A stretch of DNA of 63,115 bases, the filler included, from Octopus bimaculoides (taxonomy: Eukaryota): assembly GCF_001194135.2 (NCBI RefSeq). It is 4 parts of 4 records of this genome, joined end to end, with 100 filler letters (N's around TTAATTAATTAA, not from the genome) between each part and the next. Parts side by side here need not be neighbours in the genome. Positions count along the whole stretch, not along the records: positions 46,636 to 63,115 come from NC_068992.1; 3 more parts are not named here. One strand, 5' to 3'. How positions within the stretch are numbered: the stretch's first letter is position 1; each line of letters starts with the position of its first letter. Positions 51,481-63,115 of this stretch are shown piece after piece. The position numbers were made by a program, and so were the translations under genes. A model generated the notes under the pieces. The model was given only the letters and a program-made list of their open reading frames with translations. It had not been told where the DNA came from and did no database searches.

Positions 51481-53124
51481 TGTGTGAAAAGGTGGGACAG
51501 AGTAAGAAAAAGCTCTATTGCTATATGTACACGCAGACACAAGCACACACACACACATACACACACACATATATAATACGCATACACATGCACCCAGCTA
51601 CATGCATGTATGTGTGCTTGCATATCTGTGCATGCAATTCACTATGCGTGTTAATATTATTTATGTATCTTTAATGTATATTAAGAAAAAGCTACATAGG
51701 TATATTTACACACACACACACACTCACATATGCACAAATTTATATATATATATGTATATCTATATATATATATATATATNNNNNNNNNNGTATGTTTAAT
51801 GCTCTTTTGCCCTTTGTTCTCGTATGCTGATGCGCATTTCCATTATATATATATTAGCGCACTCTCATGTGTGCATGTGTAAATATATATGGCTATATCT
51901 ATACATACGTATATACATACTATATATATAGTATGTATATATGTATGTATGTATATAAGTGTGTGAGCGTGCACAGAGACGTGCACGCGCTAACGGGTGT
52001 ATATATCCATGTGTTTATGTATGTTTAATGCTCTTTTGCCCTTTGTTCTCGTATGCTGATGCGCATTTCCATTATATATATATTAGCGCACTCTCATGTG
52101 TGCATGTGTAAATATATATGGCTATATCTATACATACGTATATACATACTATATATATAGTATGTATATATGTATGTATATATGTGTGTATGCATGCGTG
52201 TATGTATTTGTACATGTCCGTTAATGTTTATATATCAATCAGTGACTCTGCCGAGTTCCACCATATTGTTCTAAAGATCATTTTATAATTATTACATGGC
52301 TGATGTGTGTACATAAACATGACTTTATGTCTCTCCACACAGGAGATGCTTACATATTAATGCCTTTGTTTTATTGGAGTGTTTTTGTTTGTTGTTTCTC
52401 TCCCGAGAAATCCATTTAGTGTTTATACGATGCACCACTTAAACATCAGGCTAGAAAGGATCTTAAAACTCTACTGTACTACGTTAAAAATACATTTACA
52501 TTTTGTTGTGCATGTGGCAGTTGACGTATTATCGATGTTTATGACTTTCGTTTGGTCTATTTACCTACTCATTTTCACTGTTCGTTAATGAGAGTAGAAT
52601 GGCCGTGGACGCGTCGATTAGGCTGCTGAGAAAAACTAACGAAATATGGCTGACTCTACGAAGTCGTTAATAGGAACGAATCTGATAGAAGTGGCGATCA
52701 AATTTCCCTAAAACTATAGCTTGTATTCTTAAAAGACTCAAGCATGAGTGAGTCGTTTAAGAAATTCGCTTATCGATCTCTCAAGCAGGCAGTATTCAGT
52801 TCAATTCCAGCACGCGGCTTGGTCAGTCAGTGTCTTTTACTAGAACCATGGCCCGATCTCTGCCTTTTGAGCTACACTAGGTCGATGGAAACTGTGCGGA
52901 AGCCTATTGAATGAGTGCATCTGATGATTAGGTTACTGGTGCCAGTGTATGTGGAATACTCGGTCAGTTACATTAAATGAATAGGCAGATCAGTTGATCG
53001 TACATTTCAAGTAATATACATCGTCGAAATCGACGGAGGTTCTATTACACCGTATCGTCATCAAAATAAGCCAAACTTTTTTGTATTATCTATTCTGAGG
53101 TACAATATGCCTAGAATATTTTCT

Positions 53125-53340
53125 GCTTTCTACGATAGGCATAAAGCCTGAACTTTTGGTGAGAGGACTTAGTCAAATACATAGGACCCTGTGTTCAACA
53201 GGTACTTATTTTACGGACCCCGGAAGGATGAAAGGCAAAGTTGATGTCAACGGAATTTGAACTCTGAATGTAAAGACGGACGAAATACAGCTTAAAAAGA
53301 ATTTGTCCGGCGTGCTAACGATTCTGCCAGTTCGTAGCCT
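53125..53340 (-). mobile_element. SINE family B abutting a (CAA)n(TAA)n array (53342-53433)
   Basis: GAAGGATGAAAGGCAAAG...CCGGCGTGCTAACGATTCTGCCAG. Confidence 0.8.
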
Positions 53341-53341
53341 T

Positions 53342-53433
<92 letters not shown>

Positions 53434-53435
<2 letters not shown>

Positions 53436-54205
53436 GCTACTAGAGTGACCTGAAGATATAGACAGAAACACTCAAATGCGCAGGTCAGGAACAAGCGTTA
53501 AGGACCAATTGACAACAGTGCAGAATAGACAACAATACCGATAGCGACAAATGCAGAATGTATGGCGAGAGGGGGGAAATAGTATGGCACATCGTTAGCG
53601 AATACCCGAAATTGGCACAACGCGAATATAAAAGACAGCATGGCAATGTGGCAAGAATGATCGATTGGGTGCTCTGTGGAAATCACGGCCTACAAAGAGC
53701 AAAGACGTGGTATCAGCAAACCCCAGGAGTCATCGAAAATGAGAACTACAAAATCCTGTGGGATGTAATGATCCAGTGCAATCATCTGACCAGACATAGG
53801 AAACCGGACATTGTTGTGGTGAATAAAAAAGAAAGAACATGTTTGATAATTGATATATCAATCCTTGGTGACAACAGGATCAATGTGAAAGAAGAAGAAA
53901 GAATAAACAACTATGGCGATTTAAAGTGGGAAATACGAAGGTTTTGGTCAATGAAGAGAGTAGATATGATAACAATAGTAATTGGTGCAGTTGGAAGTAT
54001 CAGCACTCAACTACCAACATGGCTGAAAAAGATTGGTACAAGTGTGAAGGTAGAACACCTACAAAAGTCAGCATTGCTTGGAACTGCAAGAATTCTTTGC
54101 AGAGTTCTTGAAGCATGACCAGTAAACAAGTGTCACCTTAGTCTGCTGGCTGTGGACAGCTGACACTTTCCATCATACCCAGTAAAATAAGCTATGAGTT
54201 TTCAT
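53434..54205 (+). mobile_element. 5'-truncated R4/Dong-type non-LTR retrotransposon (zinc knuckle + restriction-like endonuclease + 3' UTR) in (TAA)n
   Basis: AGQEQALRTN, KCRM(Y)GERGE.VWHIVSE(Y)PKLAQ (two knuckle Cys now Tyr), HRKPDIVVV...CLIIDIS (PD-D/ExK), LQKSALLGTARIL; TAA repeats on both sides. Confidence 0.85.
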
Positions 54206-54216
54206 ATAATAATAAT

Positions 54217-54410
54217 CCTTTGTATAGGCACAGGGGAGGGTGATAGTCGATTACATCGACCCCAGTACTCAACTGGTATTTAATTTATCGACCCCGAAAA
54301 AAAGAAAGGCAAAGTCAACCTCGGTGGAATTTGAAGCCAGAACGCGAAGACGGACGAAATACCGCTAAGTATTTCGTCCGGCATGCTAACGATTCTGTCA
54401 GCTCACCACC
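54217..54410 (-). mobile_element. SINE family B
   Basis: GTCGATTACATCGACCCCAGTACTCAACTGG...GCTAACGATTCTGTCAGCTCACCACC. Confidence 0.82.
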
Positions 54411-54569
54411 TAGAATGCTTAATTAACTTAATTGCCTTTTGTCATAGAACTATTGGGTCCGGCTTAGGGTTAAAGAGCAACGACAACTAAATGATCAATT
54501 AATCGTCCGTTTCCAAAGCTCACCGGTCGATTCCATCGTGTTATAAAATGTGTACTACTGATAGAGAGG

Positions 54570-55065
54570 GTCGAAGGTGCCAGTAACTCGAGCAGTAGGA
54601 CTCACGATGGTTGAAAGTACTGTTAACTCGAGTAGTATGTGTGTGTGAGTTGGATAGTAGGGGTCACAATGGTTTTACGCACCAGTGACTCGAGTATAGG
54701 GCCTGGCGTGTTTTGAAAGTATCAGTGACTCAACTAGTTGAGGTCACAATAAGCTGAAGGTAACTAGAGTAGCAGGGGTAACAGCATGTCCCGGGTAGTA
54801 AGGACTTCAATTGACTGAAGTAACCGCTAATTTGAGTTGCAGGCATCAGCTTGGTTTCTGGGTCCTGCTAAATCGGGCAATAGGGGTTAGCATGGTAACT
54901 CGGTCTGAAGGGAGATAGAGACTGTTGAAGGTATCAGTGTATAGGGGTAGGAGGGGCCAGTGTGGGTTGACCGTACTTGTAACTTGAGCAGCAGGAATTA
55001 GGGCACCAGTAATTTGGGGAGTAATGGTAAGGATGGGTTGAAGGTGCTGATAACGTGAGATTTAT
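54570..55065. repeat. Degenerate GC-richer ~40-bp minisatellite, about 12 units
   Basis: Approximate consensus GGTTGAAGGTACCAGTAACTCGAGTAGTAGGGGTCACAAT; units start near 54570, 54610, 54670, 54712 and 55035. Confidence 0.72.
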
Positions 55066-55583
55066 GTGCTGGAGGGGAGCACCATGTCATGTCTTAAGGT
55101 TTTTACAAATACAAAGGAATAACTATATGACAATGATAAATTGAATTAAATAAAAAAAAACTGTGAAAATTTCATGATAATGTCCACATCTACAGAATAT
55201 TCACGGCACCCTGTAAATTTTCCATCTATATTTCACTCAATGAAACAAAACTGTGTTTGAGATCATTGACAGTAATACAGAGAACATGTTTGTCTGTTAT
55301 ATCAATGAAAGGATTTGAAACCTCGATGCTATGTTTGAAATGTTTTCTTTAGTATGTATATTGTGGTACACACATTAGCCCAACATTTGTAGTTTTTCCT
55401 TTTTCTGTACATTTTTTTTAAAAAAAGGACACTTGCAAAGGTATCAACATTCGATTTGCTCGAAATTACGGCAACCCAGGGTCCAACTCTACCTGCCGAA
55501 GAAAAAGCAGCTCTCTGGCACTGATTATAACACACAGTAACTTACATAGTTTAACTTCCTATACCCACCTCTCACTCTCTTTC

Positions 55584-55651
55584 TTTCTTTCTTTCTCTCT
55601 CTCTCTCTCTCTCACACACACACTCTCTCTCTCTCACTCTTTCCCTCCCCC

Positions 55652-55728
<77 letters not shown>
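55584..55728. repeat. (TC)n/(CA)n microsatellite
   Basis: Direct inspection. Confidence 0.95.
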
Positions 55729-55731
<3 letters not shown>

Positions 55732-55904
55732 TATATTGACTTCAAATGTTTCTGGTGTAGTTTTTGCCTTTCTAGCATCCGGGGACGACTTGTTTCGTCT
55801 AATCCTGAAATGGAGTCTGTTCTGTTGTAATAGCTTCAAGTATTATTGGATAACTGACTCCAATTTGGTTCTGGATCGTTGGTTTCTGGGAGGGAGCTGG
55901 TCGA

Positions 55905-56012
55905 CTAGATCGACCCCCAGTGCACGACTTGTGCTTATTTCATCGACCCCGAAAGGATGAAAGGCAAAGTCAACCCCGGCGGAATTTGAACTCGGAATGT
56001 AAAGATGGACGA
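55905..56012 (-). mobile_element. SINE family B fragment followed by (TAA)n (56016-56091)
   Basis: ATCGACCCCGAAAGGATGAAAGGCAAAGTCAACCCCGGCGGAATTTGAACTC. Confidence 0.8.
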
Positions 56013-56015
56013 ATG

Positions 56016-56091
<76 letters not shown>

Positions 56092-56093
<2 letters not shown>

Positions 56094-56720
56094 GCCCTGA
56101 TGCAGTACCAGGAAGTGGCTCTCATGGCTTCTGATCNNNNNNNNNNNNNNNNNNNNNNNNNNNNNNNNNNNNNNNNNNNACGTTGTTTTGTCTTGGTATA
56201 AAAGATGGGCTACAGCAAATATTCTGCTTAATACCACAGATTTGCTTGTCAGTTGTTTGACCTTAACCAGCTGAGCATGTCCCTTGGTGGCTGACAATAT
56301 GTGCATCTCTGATCACGACCAGAAGCAGTGGGGAGCATCATAGCCATTTGTTGAGAAGAATTCTTTGGGGTTTGGCTAATTCACCTTTGTAAACATAGGC
56401 GTTTTGTTCAACATTCTTAAACAACCCTTATTCAGGGACCTTTTGAGTGGGATGGGCTACTTGACCTGAAAAGAAAATTCTAACTGGGCTCCACTTGCAA
56501 GGTCATGTGCTGTTTATCTTGATATGAGATCACCATGCCGGGCACATATGGTTGTGATGCATGTGCCTGGTGTACCCTTNNNNNNNNNNATGCCGGGCAC
56601 ATATGGTTGTGATGCATGTGCCTGGTGTACCCTTATCAGACGGGTAGTCATGATGGGTATACCGAGCTTCGTATATTTTACCCCAGTATCACTTTGATGA
56701 CATGTACTACTCTCTTACTC
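56092..56720. mobile_element. Non-coding ~630-bp element inserted in a (TAA)n array
   Basis: Sharp boundaries with pure TAA arrays on both sides (56016-56091, 56721-56822); no credible ORF; contains two small gaps. Confidence 0.55.
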
Positions 56721-56751
56721 AATAATAATAATAATGATAATAATAATAATG

Positions 56752-56827
<76 letters not shown>

Positions 56828-57404
56828 TAAAAGTGATATCTTTGAACTGTCAAAAAGGTCGAATATTCCGGTTGTTCGATATAGTGGATTAAGTTAACTC
56901 CCGTAGTTACTCCTGGTGCTACAAGCTTGTTATCTCTAACCAATGAAAGACATATGACCAACAGGATTTGAACGAAGAATATTTTGCGTTGATTTCTTTA
57001 ACGGAAAATAGAGAACAGACAATAACTATTTGAATCTCGCCTGGGAATTTATCCACATCTGAAGGTATCTTCAGATCGGAACATCACCCATAAGACAATA
57101 AAAGAGAAAATTGCACAAAAATTCGAAGGAACAATTGGACGGGAAGGCATATGATCACGTGATACAGGACATGCTTTGGAGGACTTTTCAGGAATTTGGG
57201 GTTACGTGATGACTTCTGATTGCTGTGAAGTCCCTATATGAATGTGCGGAGGCTTGTGTTCGGGCAAATGGTTCTGGGCTGAAACCTTCCAACATTGATG
57301 TTGGAATCCAACTCGTCTTTCATCGTTTTTATTAACTAGATAGACATGCGCAACTGGTGCGGAAGTGGGGTTACAATCGCTGAGTATAAGATACATACAG
57401 ACAG

Positions 57405-57482
57405 GCGGGCAAACAGACAGACAGACAAACAAACAAACAGACAAACATATAAGCAGACAGACAGACAGACACATAGATAGAC

Positions 57483-57553
<71 letters not shown>

Positions 57554-57658
57554 AAATTTATTAGATAGACGAAGAGAGACAGACAGAAAAACAAATAGAC
57601 AGATATATAGATGGATAGATAAATAGGTAGATAGATAGATAAATAGATACATAGATAA

Positions 57659-57698
<40 letters not shown>

Positions 57699-57722
57699 CG
57701 AGAGAGAGAGAGAGAGAGAGAG
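57405..57722. repeat. Compound (AGAC/AAAC)n-(AGAT)n-(AG)n microsatellite
   Basis: Direct inspection. Confidence 0.95.
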
Positions 57723-59225
57723 ATACATATAAACATGTATAATATCATCATTGACACAATATTGATAATGTATCGCTCCACCCTGATAATCAATGAGAAA
57801 TATTTGGATTTTTTACAAAGCTACGAATTGGGGGAAGGATGTCTTATTGTTGCTTGTTTAGTTTTTATGTGACTTTTATATTGATTATCTTTTTTTTTTT
57901 CTATTGATTCAATATTGTATCTCAATTATCTATATAACTAATTTTTCCGACTGCATTTTAAATTAAAACTAATAGATTGCTACTTTGTAAATTATTCTAC
58001 TTTTACGAATCAAACACAAATTTATTATGAAAATATTTATTAGAATTTTTGCTCATTGTTTTTTTTTATTCAAATTTTAATTTCATTTATTTCATTTAAA
58101 TGGCATAATAAAGATTGGAGAAAAATAATCGAATATTTATCTACAAAATGAATTTCAATTGCTATTTTGATTTCACTCATTAAATACAGCAATAAAACTG
58201 TGAACACAGATATGTGTATGTGAATATGTGTAAATATATAAATATGTACGTGAGTGTCAAATGCACGAGTATATACATATACATATACATGTATATATAT
58301 ATATATATATNNNNNNNNNNNNNNNNNNNNNNNNNNNNNNNNNNNNNNNNNNNNNNNNNNNNNNNNNNNNNNNNNNNNNNNNNNNNNNNNNNNNNNNNNN
58401 NNNNNNNNNNNNNNNNNNNNNNNNNNNNNNNNNNNNNNNNNNNNNNNNNNNNNNNNNNNNNNNNNNNNNNNNNNNNNNNNNNNNNNNNNNNNNNNNNNNN
58501 NNNNNNNNNNNNNNNNNNNNNNNNNNNNNNNNNNNNNNNNNNNNNNNNNNNNNNNNNNNNNNNNNNNNNNNNNNNNNNNNNNNNNNNNNNNNNNNNNNNN
58601 NNNNNNNNNNNNNNNNNNNNNNNNNNNNNNNNNNNNNNNNNNNNNNNNNNNNNNNNNNNNNNNNNNNNNNNNNNNNNNNNNNNNNNNNNNNNNNNNNNNN
58701 NNNNNNNNNNNNNNNNNNNNNNNNNNNNNNNNNNNNNNNNNNNNNNNNNNNNNNNNNNNNNNNNNNNNNNNNNNNNNNNNNNNNNNNNNNNNNNNNNNNN
58801 NNNNNNNNNNNNNNNNNNNNNNNNNNNNNNNNNNNNNNNNNNNNNNNNNNNNNNNNNNNNNNNNNNNNNNNNNNNNNNNNNNNNNNNNNNNNNNNNNNNN
58901 NNNNNNNNNNNNNNNNNNNNNNNNNNNNNNNNNNNNNNNNNNNNNNNNNNNNNNNNNNNNNNNNNNNNNNNNNNNNNNNNNNNNNNNNNNNNNNNNNNNN
59001 NNNNNNNNNNNNNNNNNNNNNNNNNNNNNNNNNNNNNNNNNNNNNNNNNNNNNNNNNNNNNNNNNNNNNNNNNNNNNNNNNNNNNNNNNNNNNNNNNNNN
59101 NNNNNNNNNNNNNNNNNNNNNNNNNNNNNNNNNNNNNNNNNNNNNNNNNNNNNNNNNNNNNNNNNNNNNNNNNNNNNNNNNNNNNNNNNNNNNNNNNNNN
59201 NNNNNNNNNNNNNNNNNNNNNNNNN

Positions 59226-59507
59226 TCTGGGTTCAGTCCCATTGCGTGGCACCTTGAACAAGTGTCTTCTACTATGGCCTCGGCCGACCAAAGCCTTGTA
59301 AGTGGCTTTGGTAAACGGAAACTGAGAGAAGCATCTCGTATATATATATACGTAACCAACCGAAACTACTGAGAAGATCTGAAACTCGTCTGACGATAGA
59401 AAATTCCGAATGACCCGTCCTTGTTTTTTCCTGTCCCTTTTTGTATCGTCTAACTGTCCGAATGTTTTGTTGTCGCCTGTTGCGTTCTTGTTCCATTTTT
59501 GTATTCT

Positions 59508-59542
<35 letters not shown>

Positions 59543-59730
59543 TTGTGTGTCTACACACCATCGCCTGACAACGATGCTGGTGTGTTTACGTCCCCATAGC
59601 TTAGCATTTCGGCAAAACAGACCGATAGAATAAGTACTAGGCTTACAAGGAATACGTCCTGGGGTCGATTTGCTTGACTAAAGGCGGTGCTCCAGCATGG
59701 CCTCAATCAAATGACTGAAACAAGTAAAAG
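59226..59730 (+). mobile_element. SINE family A with a ~155-bp foreign insert (59351-59505) in its (TA)n core
   Basis: GGTTCAGTCCCATTGCGTGGCACCTTG...GGTGCTCCAGCATGGCC...TGACTGAAACAAGTAAAAG. Confidence 0.82.
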
Positions 59731-60967
59731 AATAAAAGAATATATGTGTGTGTGTCAATGTGAGTGTGTGTGTGCGTGCGTGTGTGAGAGAGAGAGAAAT
59801 ATATATATAGAGAGAGAGAGGGAGAGAGTGCGCGCGCGAGTTTATTCTATTCTTAGATATTTTCTTTCTTTTTTAACTTTTTACTTTTCCTGAAAAATTA
59901 TCTTTTTCATTTTTGTTTTATTTTTATTTAAATATTTACAGTAAGGTATTTTAAAGTGATCTGAAGTCGTTTTAATGAATATCAATGAATTTTTCTAAAA
60001 AAGCCTTTTTCTTTTCGTTTTACGTTGTTTTTCGNNNNNNNNNNNNNNNNNNNNNNNNNNNNNNNNNNNNNNNNNNNNNNNNNNNNNNNNNNNNNNNNNN
60101 NNNNNNNNNNNNNNNNNNNNNNNNNNNNNNNNNNNNNNNNNNNNNNNNNNNNNNNNNNNNNNNNNNNNNNNNNNNNNNNNNNNNNNNNNNNNNNNNNNNN
60201 NNNNNNNNNNNNNNNNNNNNNNNNNNNNNNNNNNNNNNNNNNNNNNNNNNNNNNNNNNNNNNNNNNNNNNNNNNNNNNNNNNNNNNNNNNNNNNNNNNNN
60301 NNNNNNNNNNNNNNNNNNNNNNNNNNNNNNNNNNNNNNNNNNNNNNNNNNNNNNNNNNNNNNNNNNNNNNNNNNNNNNNNNNNNNNNNNNNNNNNNNNNN
60401 NNNNNNNNNNNNNNNNNNNNNNNNNNNNNNNNNNNNNNNNNNNNNNNNNNNNNNNNNNNNNNNNNNNNNNNNNNNNNNNNNNNNNNNNNNNNNNNNNNNN
60501 NNNNNNNNNNNNNNNNNNNNNNNNNNNNNNNNNNNNNNNNNNNNNNNNNNNNNNNNNNNNNNNNNNNNNNNNNNNNNNNNNNNNNNNNNNNNNNNNNNNN
60601 NNNNNNNNNNNNNNNNNNNNNNNNNNNNNNNNNNNNNNNNNNNNNNNNNNNNNNNNNNNNNNNNNNNNNNNNNNNNNNNNNNNNNNNNNNNNNNNNNNNN
60701 NNNNNNNNNNNNNNNNNNNNNNNNNNNNNNNNNNNNNNNNNNNNNNNNNNNNNNNNNNNNNNNNNNNNNNNNNNNNNNNNNNNNNNNNNNNNNNNNNNNN
60801 NNNNNNNNNNNNNNNNNNNNNNNNNNNNNNNNNNNNNNNNNNNNNNNNNNNNNNNNNNNNNNNNNNNNNNNNNNNNNNNNNNNNNNNNNNNNNNNNNNNN
60901 NNNNNNNNNNNNNNNNNNNNNNNNNNNNNTCGTGAGCCGAATACCCCTAAACACTAGACTACGCGCC

Positions 60968-61004
<37 letters not shown>

Positions 61005-61039
61005 TCACACACATGTATGTATGTGTGCAAGTGTTTGTG

Positions 61040-61245
61040 AGCACCTTTGTCTTCCACCACCGTTCCTTGACAATTGTTGTTAGTTTGCTTAAGTCCCCGT
61101 AACTGAACGGTTCAGCAAAAGAGACCGATATAATAAATGACACACTTAACAGAAGTAAGGCCTGTGGTTAATGTCTTCGACTAAAACCCTTCAAAGTGGC
61201 GTCTCGGAGTGGCCCTAGTCCAATCTCTGAAACACGTAAAGAACT
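61040..61245 (+). mobile_element. SINE family A 3' fragment
   Basis: GTCCCCGTAACTGAACGGTTCAGCAAAAGAGACCGATA...TTCGACTAAAACCCTTCAA. Confidence 0.7.
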
Positions 61246-61329
61246 CAAATAAGGCCCAACCTATGCAATGTTACTGTTCTGAACCTCTTAACGAGCGTTT
61301 GATGAGCTAAAGCAGTGAAGAGACACAGG

Positions 61330-61670
61330 GGAAAAGCCTTCGGTTGTTTAATTACCATCCATTTTCCCCAACGACTCAGAAACTGGGATGCGTCCTAATA
61401 CTTGTATGATCCGGGAGCACCAGCCCCAACTGTTTGGTCATGTTGCTCGATTTTCCGAGTTAGATCTTTCTTACCGTGTTCTCTTCATTAAGGATCTGGT
61501 TGGATTGACGGCTCGTGTTGGTAGACCACATGCCAGATGAGAAAATGGGAGTAGATGGGGACTGACTGGGTCTCTGCTTGACAGGCCGCGCTGAAGGGCC
61601 CGGGAATATCCCAACAAATGGTGAATGCAGCAACGGGATGCAACGGCACATGCCCCTCACATCTGGGCCC
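61330..61670 (+). mobile_element. RTE-clade LINE ORF2 3' end
   Basis: MIREHQPQLFGHVARFSELD..YRVL..KD.VG...RVGRP and terminal VNAATGCNGTCP. Confidence 0.7.
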
Positions 61671-62913
61671 TGCCTTATTTTCTACTGAGTCCAAATACCA
61701 CTGGAATCGACTTATTTTCCTGACTGGTTTATGTACTGAAACGGTACTATTCCTGTTTCCTTGGCCTCATCCAAAACAAAACCGATACATCGCCAATTAT
61801 TCAATTACCAACACGCTTTATCAATTAGTTCAGAAGCCTATGAGCTAGCCTCTACATCAGTTATGGCCCGTAGGACTTGAGTTTTTTAGTTTTTACCTTG
61901 AGGTTTTTAGTCGTACGATTCGCCAAAGAATGAACCATATCTCATGCGGCCGGCTTCTCGAAATTGTTGTCCATGCCTACTCTACATGGTTGTTTCATAT
62001 GCTAGAAACAGCAGTCAAATCTTCTTCAGATCACAGTCTATTGTCATGAAGAAAAATCAACTCATTATGTATGTGATCCTGGGTTCCCAGCAGAAAAGAA
62101 CGGACAGGAGCTGATATTGTGTTATGTTGGCACCGTGAAACGAATAGAAATTCTGAGACATTCTGTTGGCCATCAAGAAACATATTCAATATTTTGTTGT
62201 TTGGTAGTTTTTCTACGTTAAATATGGCTGCTAGCTAGTAATTGTAGAAATATGGGCGTGAGGAAGGGAGATAATTGCGGATGTGAAGGGGGAAAAAAGA
62301 AGATTGATGTAGGAAAGAAGGGGTTCAATTTGTAGTAACGAGTTTAAAAGATCCCCTAACCTTGAGGGTGACATGCAAACATCGTGTTGAAAATTGTATA
62401 TAATCAAATTTAAAGTGTTTACATATATAAAAAATAAAAATATATCAATCTCCCTTTTTCAGTATGGGAGTCATATATAGCACCGAATCAGACGATGGTT
62501 GATGGGACATTTAAGAGAGTGGGAGGTAATGAGAGAGAAAGAGAGAGAGAGAAACTGGAAGGCAGCAGACGGGAGGAGAGGATAAAGCGAGAAGTGTAGT
62601 GTGTAAGTAAGAGAGAGAGAGGGGGGGAGGAAGAAATTCTGAAAGAGTGAGAAATAAGCCTGTAGAAGTGAGAGAAAAAGAGTGAATGAGGCAGTGATAA
62701 GTGGTGTAATTCGTTTATGTATATATGTGGCTCAGTTTATGTTTGCATGGCCGAAGGACATTTTCGAAGAACAATTATGGGTGTCTTTGCGTTTATCTGT
62801 TTGAGTGTGTGTGTAAATGGATGCGATTATACGTTGTGCGTATAGCTGTGTGAGGACGAACGCGTTCATCTGTACATGAATGGTTGCAGTTATGTATTTA
62901 TTTATTTCACTAA

Positions 62914-62972
<59 letters not shown>

Positions 62973-63115
62973 ATTTGCAGAGGGAAGACCACTCTCCAGC
63001 ATGTAAGATGTCCACATGGTGGTCTTCACTCCGTGTATAAATCCTTATACACTATTATATTATAAAAATCTTTGTCTTCTGACTTTTATTACGCATGCTA
63101 ACCATTCGTTATATA

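Noticed and set aside
51790-52180. Exact ~160-bp direct repeat
   Set aside because: Starts immediately after a 10-N gap; typical unmerged contig overlap.
56535-56634. 44-bp direct repeat across a 10-N gap
   Set aside because: Contig-end overlap artefact.
59351-59505. Insert in a SINE containing CTGACGA and GAAAC as a hammerhead
   Set aside because: Motifs are in the wrong order or spacing: CUGACGA is followed by GAAU, with no A15.1-U16.1 pair and no stem I.
891-61143. Long ORFs in the track made of X runs or YI/CV/LSIY/poly-N/D/I tracts (e.g. 891-1481, 24893-25204, 36168-37398, 46711-47016, 47300-48715, 58070-59561, 59985-61143)
   Set aside because: They are translations of assembly gaps and microsatellites.
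61475-61670. Apparent minus-strand exon (CRCIPLLHSPF...NEENT|gtaaga)
   Set aside because: The plus strand translates to an RTE LINE C-terminus (GHVARF, GRP); the minus ORF is its shadow.

Overview
AT-rich, microsatellite- and repeat-dense animal genomic DNA with many N gaps. The SINE and LINE families look like those of octopus; this species assignment is inference from recognised repeats. The only host coding sequence I can support is on the minus strand: a 180-nt exon (19501-19680) spliced in phase 0 to a 2829-nt coiled-coil exon (11556-14384), most likely golgin-245/GOLGA4. Neither the N-terminal exons nor the GRIP-domain exons were found in the window. Positions 1.7-10.7 kb are a nested transposon complex: two Penelope-like elements (PLEs) in inverted orientation, one split by a Ty3/Gypsy LTR element with a perfect 5-bp TSD, which itself contains an L1/Tx1-type LINE fragment. 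Five minimal hammerhead-ribozyme-like motifs lie in the first 11 kb, one carrying the compensatory U3-A8 core. One PLE has its GIY and YIG motifs separated by a roughly 115-codon Asn/Ser/Thr linker. The rest is SINEs, RTE/CR1/R4-Dong LINE fragments, two degenerate minisatellites and fold-back elements. I found no CRISPR, rRNA or true tRNA gene and no convincing new multi-gene system; the best leads are RNA-structural and transposon-architectural.
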